DNA of 64,000 nt from an uncultured virus (IMG/VR IMGVR_UViG_3300042887_002087). Its lineage: Duplodnaviria > Heunggongvirae > Uroviricota > Caudoviricetes. Of this stretch, positions 60,623 to 64,000 are shown one piece after another. The notes under the pieces are model-generated. The model did not search any database and was not told the origin of the DNA. It was given only the letters and a program-made list of their open reading frames with translations. Position 1 is the first letter of the stretch. Each line of letters begins with the position of its first letter. A program made the position numbers and the translations under genes. The DNA is taken from IMG/VR virus record IMGVR_UViG_3300042887_002087, positions 1 through 64,000 of that record; one strand, given 5' to 3'.

Positions 60623-62374
60623 ATGGAAAAGAAAATACCTGAGGTTGAAGCAAGGGAAATATTAAATGAATATGACGGATCTAATAATGTTTTATTAGAA
60701 TACAAACGTAAATTTGTGGAAGTTAAAAACTTTAAATTAACTCGTCCACAGTCGGAATACGTTATCAAATATAAAGACACCTCCCCTAAAGTTGCTCGTA
60801 AACACATCAATATCGTTTCCACATTTGGTGAGAAATTAATGGAAGAAATGTTATTACCATTACCACCCGAAAAAGTGTGGTGTGAAAAATTGTTATGTGA
60901 ATCCGATAAAGCATTTCATATTTGGGGTAAAGTAATTGATAGTCAACAAAACCACGCAATGTGGTTACCTAAGTCTGCAATTGTTCAAGAAGAAAAAAAG
61001 TTAAATCGTGTAATTGATTATAGTCCGTATGATAATCGTCCCCCTATGGAACACCAGAAGGTCGCCATAGAGAAATTATTAGCAAACAATAAGTTTATAT
61101 TAGCTGATGATATGGGTCTCGGAAAAACGACAGCAGCGGTTATTGCGTCAATGGAAAGTGGTGCGAAGAAAGTTTTAATTGTTTGTCCCGCATCCCTTAA
61201 AATAAATTGGGATAGAGAGATTAAAAATTATACAGATAGGAAAGTTTTAATTGTTGAAGGTCGTAAATGGGGGTCTACTTTTGATTACTACATTATCAAT
61301 TATGATATATTAAAGAATTATCACACCACAGAAAAAAGTGAAGATAGTGATGACTATAAATTATTAGTAAATGAAAAGTTTGATTTAGCAATTGTGGATG
61401 AAGCACATTACGTTAGTAATAGTACAGCAAACAGAACTCGTTTATTAAATGACGTATTGGAAACCATACCACGAGTTTGGTTATTAACAGGAACCCCAAT
61501 GACATCGAGACCAATTAACTATTTTAATTTATTAAAGATTGTTGACTCACCTTTAACATTAAATTGGCAATCATACGTTCGTCGTTATTGTAAAGGTTAT
61601 CAATTCACGGTTGGAAATAGAAAAGTGTGGAACACAAGTGGGGCAAGTAATTTAGATGAATTAAGAGAAAGAACTAAATCATATGTTCTTCGTAGAATGA
61701 AAACTGACATTTTAGATTTACCTGAAAAAATTGTTACACCTGTATTTGTAGAATTAAGTAGTAAAATGTATGATGAGGAGTTAGAAGAGTTTACAAGAAT
61801 TAGTAATGACAATAAAGATAAAGAAACATTAAGTGTAACATTAAATCGTTTAATGAAAATTAGACAACTTATTGCTTACGAAAAAATTCCATATACTTGC
61901 GAGATTATAGATAAATGTTTAGACCAAGGAAAAAAAGTAATCGTATTCACCAACTTTACAATGTCATTGGATATGTTACATGAAAAATACAAAAAGAACT
62001 CTGTAATATTAAATGGTAGTATGTCTAAAGAAAAGAAACAAGAGAGTGTTGATAGATTTCAAAATGAAGATAAAATAAAAATATTTATTTCTAATATCAT
62101 TGCTGGTGGTGTCGGTATTACATTAACTGCGGGTGAGGTTGTTGTAATGAATGATTTATCATTTGTACCTGCTCATCATAGTCAAGCGGAAGATAGAGCA
62201 TATCGTTACGGACAACAGAATAGTGTATTAGTTTATTATCCCGTGTTTGAAAATACGGTTGAAAAAATAATATACAATATATTACAAAAGAAAAAGAACG
62301 TCATTGACCAAGTTATGGGTGACGGAGAATATTCCGAATCGTTCAGTAAAGACCTACTTAAAAGTCTCTTTTAA
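60623..62374 (+). CDS. SNF2-family helicase (SMARCAL1-like)
   Basis: LADDMGLGKT, VCPASL, DEAH, LTGTP, LRRMK, GVGITLT, QAEDRAYRYGQ. Confidence 0.93.
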   Translation: MEKKIPEVEAREILNEYDGSNNVLLEYKRKFVEVKNFKLTRPQSEYVIKYKDTSPKVARKHINIVSTFGEKLMEEMLLPLPPEKVWCEKLLCESDKAFHIWGKVIDSQQNHAMWLPKSAIVQEEKKLNRVIDYSPYDNRPPMEHQKVAIEKLLANNKFILADDMGLGKTTAAVIASMESGAKKVLIVCPASLKINWDREIKNYTDRKVLIVEGRKWGSTFDYYIINYDILKNYHTTEKSEDSDDYKLLVNEKFDLAIVDEAHYVSNSTANRTRLLNDVLETIPRVWLLTGTPMTSRPINYFNLLKIVDSPLTLNWQSYVRRYCKGYQFTVGNRKVWNTSGASNLDELRERTKSYVLRRMKTDILDLPEKIVTPVFVELSSKMYDEELEEFTRISNDNKDKETLSVTLNRLMKIRQLIAYEKIPYTCEIIDKCLDQGKKVIVFTNFTMSLDMLHEKYKKNSVILNGSMSKEKKQESVDRFQNEDKIKIFISNIIAGGVGITLTAGEVVVMNDLSFVPAHHSQAEDRAYRYGQQNSVLVYYPVFENTVEKIIYNILQKKKNVIDQVMGDGEYSESFSKDLLKSLF

Positions 62375-62557
62375 TTCTTTAATTTTATCAGTTAATAACT
62401 GATCTAACTCCTTATCTTCAATATCAGGAATATTAACTATGATGGTTTTAGGGTCTAAAGTATAGTCTATAAAGTTAGTTTCCCCCTCTTTTTGTAAGTG
62501 GAATACAAAATCGTTAATCCCACAGATACTGAATAATTCGTTTAGTTTCTCGTTCAT
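62354..62557 (-). CDS. Hypothetical protein (67 aa)
   Basis: ORF fills the gap, convergent on the SNF2 gene. Confidence 0.6.
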   Translation of the reverse strand: MNEKLNELFSICGINDFVFHLQKEGETNFIDYTLDPKTIIVNIPDIEDKELDQLLTDKIKELKETFK

Positions 62558-62595
62558 AATAGAAATATAAGATATTTATAAGAATAAATCAAATT

Positions 62596-63711
62596 ATGTC
62601 TCAAATTATTTCACAAGCGGAAAAGGATAAATTATATACTCAGGTCTTTCATCTATTAGGTATGCCAGTTCGTGGTATTGAACTTACCGAAGAACAAATG
62701 GATACCTTCATGGAATTGGCTTTATCTGAATACGAACAATACGTTAGTGATTGGTTGATTGAATCTCAGTGGTCGGCACTTGCGGGATTAGATATAGATA
62801 CACAATCATTATCAAGAGCTTTTACAACAAGAAGTTTAGATTACGAAACACAATATACTCACTCATACTCCAAAATTGTAGGTTTACAATCTGGTGGTGA
62901 TTGGGAACTAAAAAAGGATTATTTTACACTTTCAGGAGAAACTCAAGTTTATGAAATTCCCGCTGGCCGTGAAGTAAATGAATTATTATGGTTTGCTCGT
63001 GCTGAATTAAGTGATTCATTTGTTGATCCGTTTATGGCGGGATTTGGTGGTCTTGGTGGATTAGGTTTCGGTGGTGCCGGTGGATTTGCACAAATGGGTA
63101 ATGCTGGATCTTACTTTATGACTCCCGCATTTGACTTATTATTAAGAATGCAAGATAGAAGTATTAAAAATAGACTAATTGGTGGTGATTTAACTTATAG
63201 AATAACTGCAGGTCCTGAAGGTAAAAAATTAGTTCATTTATATAATGTACCGGGTGGTAAATTTGATTTTGGTTCAATAAAACAAAAAAATTATAATGTT
63301 TGGTATTGGTATTATGATACTATGGATAGAGATTCATGTCTTAAAGATAATAAAGACGTAATTAAATTACCATCTGATGTTGATACTGAACAATTGGTAT
63401 GGGAAAACTTAAATAAACCAGCTCAAAACTGGGTTAGAAAGTATTTGATTGCCTATTCTAAAGAAGGTTTAGGTCGTATTTGGGGTAAATTCTCAGGTGA
63501 TTTACAAGTTCCTGATAGTCAAGTTAAGTTAGATTATCAATCTTTAATTACGGAAGGTAAAGATGAGAAATCTAAATTAGTTGAAGAACTTATGGCTAGA
63601 TTAGAAAGACTCCGCCCCGACAAACTTCTTGAAAGAAAAGGTGCCGAAGCGGAGAATCTTAATAAGGCACTTAAGTTTAGAGCAATGCCTTCATCTATTA
63701 TTGTAATCTAA
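62596..63711 (+). CDS. Neck / head-tail adaptor protein (T4 gp13-like)
   Basis: LGMPVRGIELTEEQ, WVRKY..A..KE.LG.I.GKF, LD...L..EG. Confidence 0.8.
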   Translation: MSQIISQAEKDKLYTQVFHLLGMPVRGIELTEEQMDTFMELALSEYEQYVSDWLIESQWSALAGLDIDTQSLSRAFTTRSLDYETQYTHSYSKIVGLQSGGDWELKKDYFTLSGETQVYEIPAGREVNELLWFARAELSDSFVDPFMAGFGGLGGLGFGGAGGFAQMGNAGSYFMTPAFDLLLRMQDRSIKNRLIGGDLTYRITAGPEGKKLVHLYNVPGGKFDFGSIKQKNYNVWYWYYDTMDRDSCLKDNKDVIKLPSDVDTEQLVWENLNKPAQNWVRKYLIAYSKEGLGRIWGKFSGDLQVPDSQVKLDYQSLITEGKDEKSKLVEELMARLERLRPDKLLERKGAEAENLNKALKFRAMPSSIIVI

Positions 63712-63998
63712 CTTTCAATTGCGTGAAAGGCGTAATCGTGACCATTTGTTTCAATTATTTCTTCTTCATTTGATTTAGTACTTTCAGCTTGAAGTGTAAC
63801 AACCTTTCTATTATGTTCCACCCAATATTGGTCAGCAAGTTCTAAACTATTTTCTACATACATAAAGTAAGGATCACGTCCAACTCTATTCCAAAATATT
63901 ACTTCACTATCAGATAAAGTCATAACCTCATCTAATTTATCTTGACCTTCTTCTTTTAACGGAAAACCATTAACTAAATCACATTGAGACTTTGTAAA
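63708..63998 (-). CDS. C-terminal part of a larger gene entering from the window end (possibly DNA polymerase)
   Basis: Frame is open to the window edge: FTKSQCDLVNGFPLKEEGQDKLDEVMTLSDSEVIFW...; the product call is a guess. Confidence 0.4.
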   Translation of the reverse strand, partial: FTKSQCDLVNGFPLKEEGQDKLDEVMTLSDSEVIFWNRVGRDPYFMYVENSLELADQYWVEHNRKVVTLQAESTKSNEEEIIETNGHDYAFHAIES

Positions 63999-64000
63999 GT

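Noticed and set aside
1..64000. Stop-codon reassignment
   Set aside because: Standard-code ORFs are full-length and tile densely; TAG ends genes such as primase and sbcC

Overview
A 64-kb AT-rich segment of a large (probably jumbo) myovirus-like phage genome, read in the standard genetic code, with most genes on the minus strand. The host is most likely Bacteroidota, judging from a Bacteroidota-type ClpP N-terminus, a TAnnTTTG element and A/C-rich leaders without a Shine-Dalgarno. The window holds four blocks. (1) A recombination/replication block (ClpP, SbcC/SbcD, PD-(D/E)XK exonuclease, primase, RuvC-like resolvase), with an accessory cassette containing a putative type II restriction-modification pair sitting between sbcD and sbcC. 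(2) About 22 kb of baseplate/fibre genes with mucin-like Pro-Thr linkers, shuffled Cys-rich modules and CBM5/12-like repeats. (3) Class II RNR, DnaB-like helicase, 5'-3' exonuclease, RecA/UvsX, SSB and a ferritin-like gene. (4) A T4-like tail module (hub, gp53-like, tube initiator, tape measure, chaperones, tube, sheath, neck) plus a SNF2 helicase. The main leads are: a candidate scaffold-and-client fibre display system (eight single-Cys beta-strand repeats on a baseplate protein next to small modular adhesin-like genes); a parS-like palindrome with iterons between the sheath and tube genes; a candidate ~75-nt ncRNA; a TATTTATA late-promoter motif that is the reverse complement of the T4 late promoter; and a probable chaperone frameshift. 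All functional calls come from motifs recognised by eye; no searches were run.
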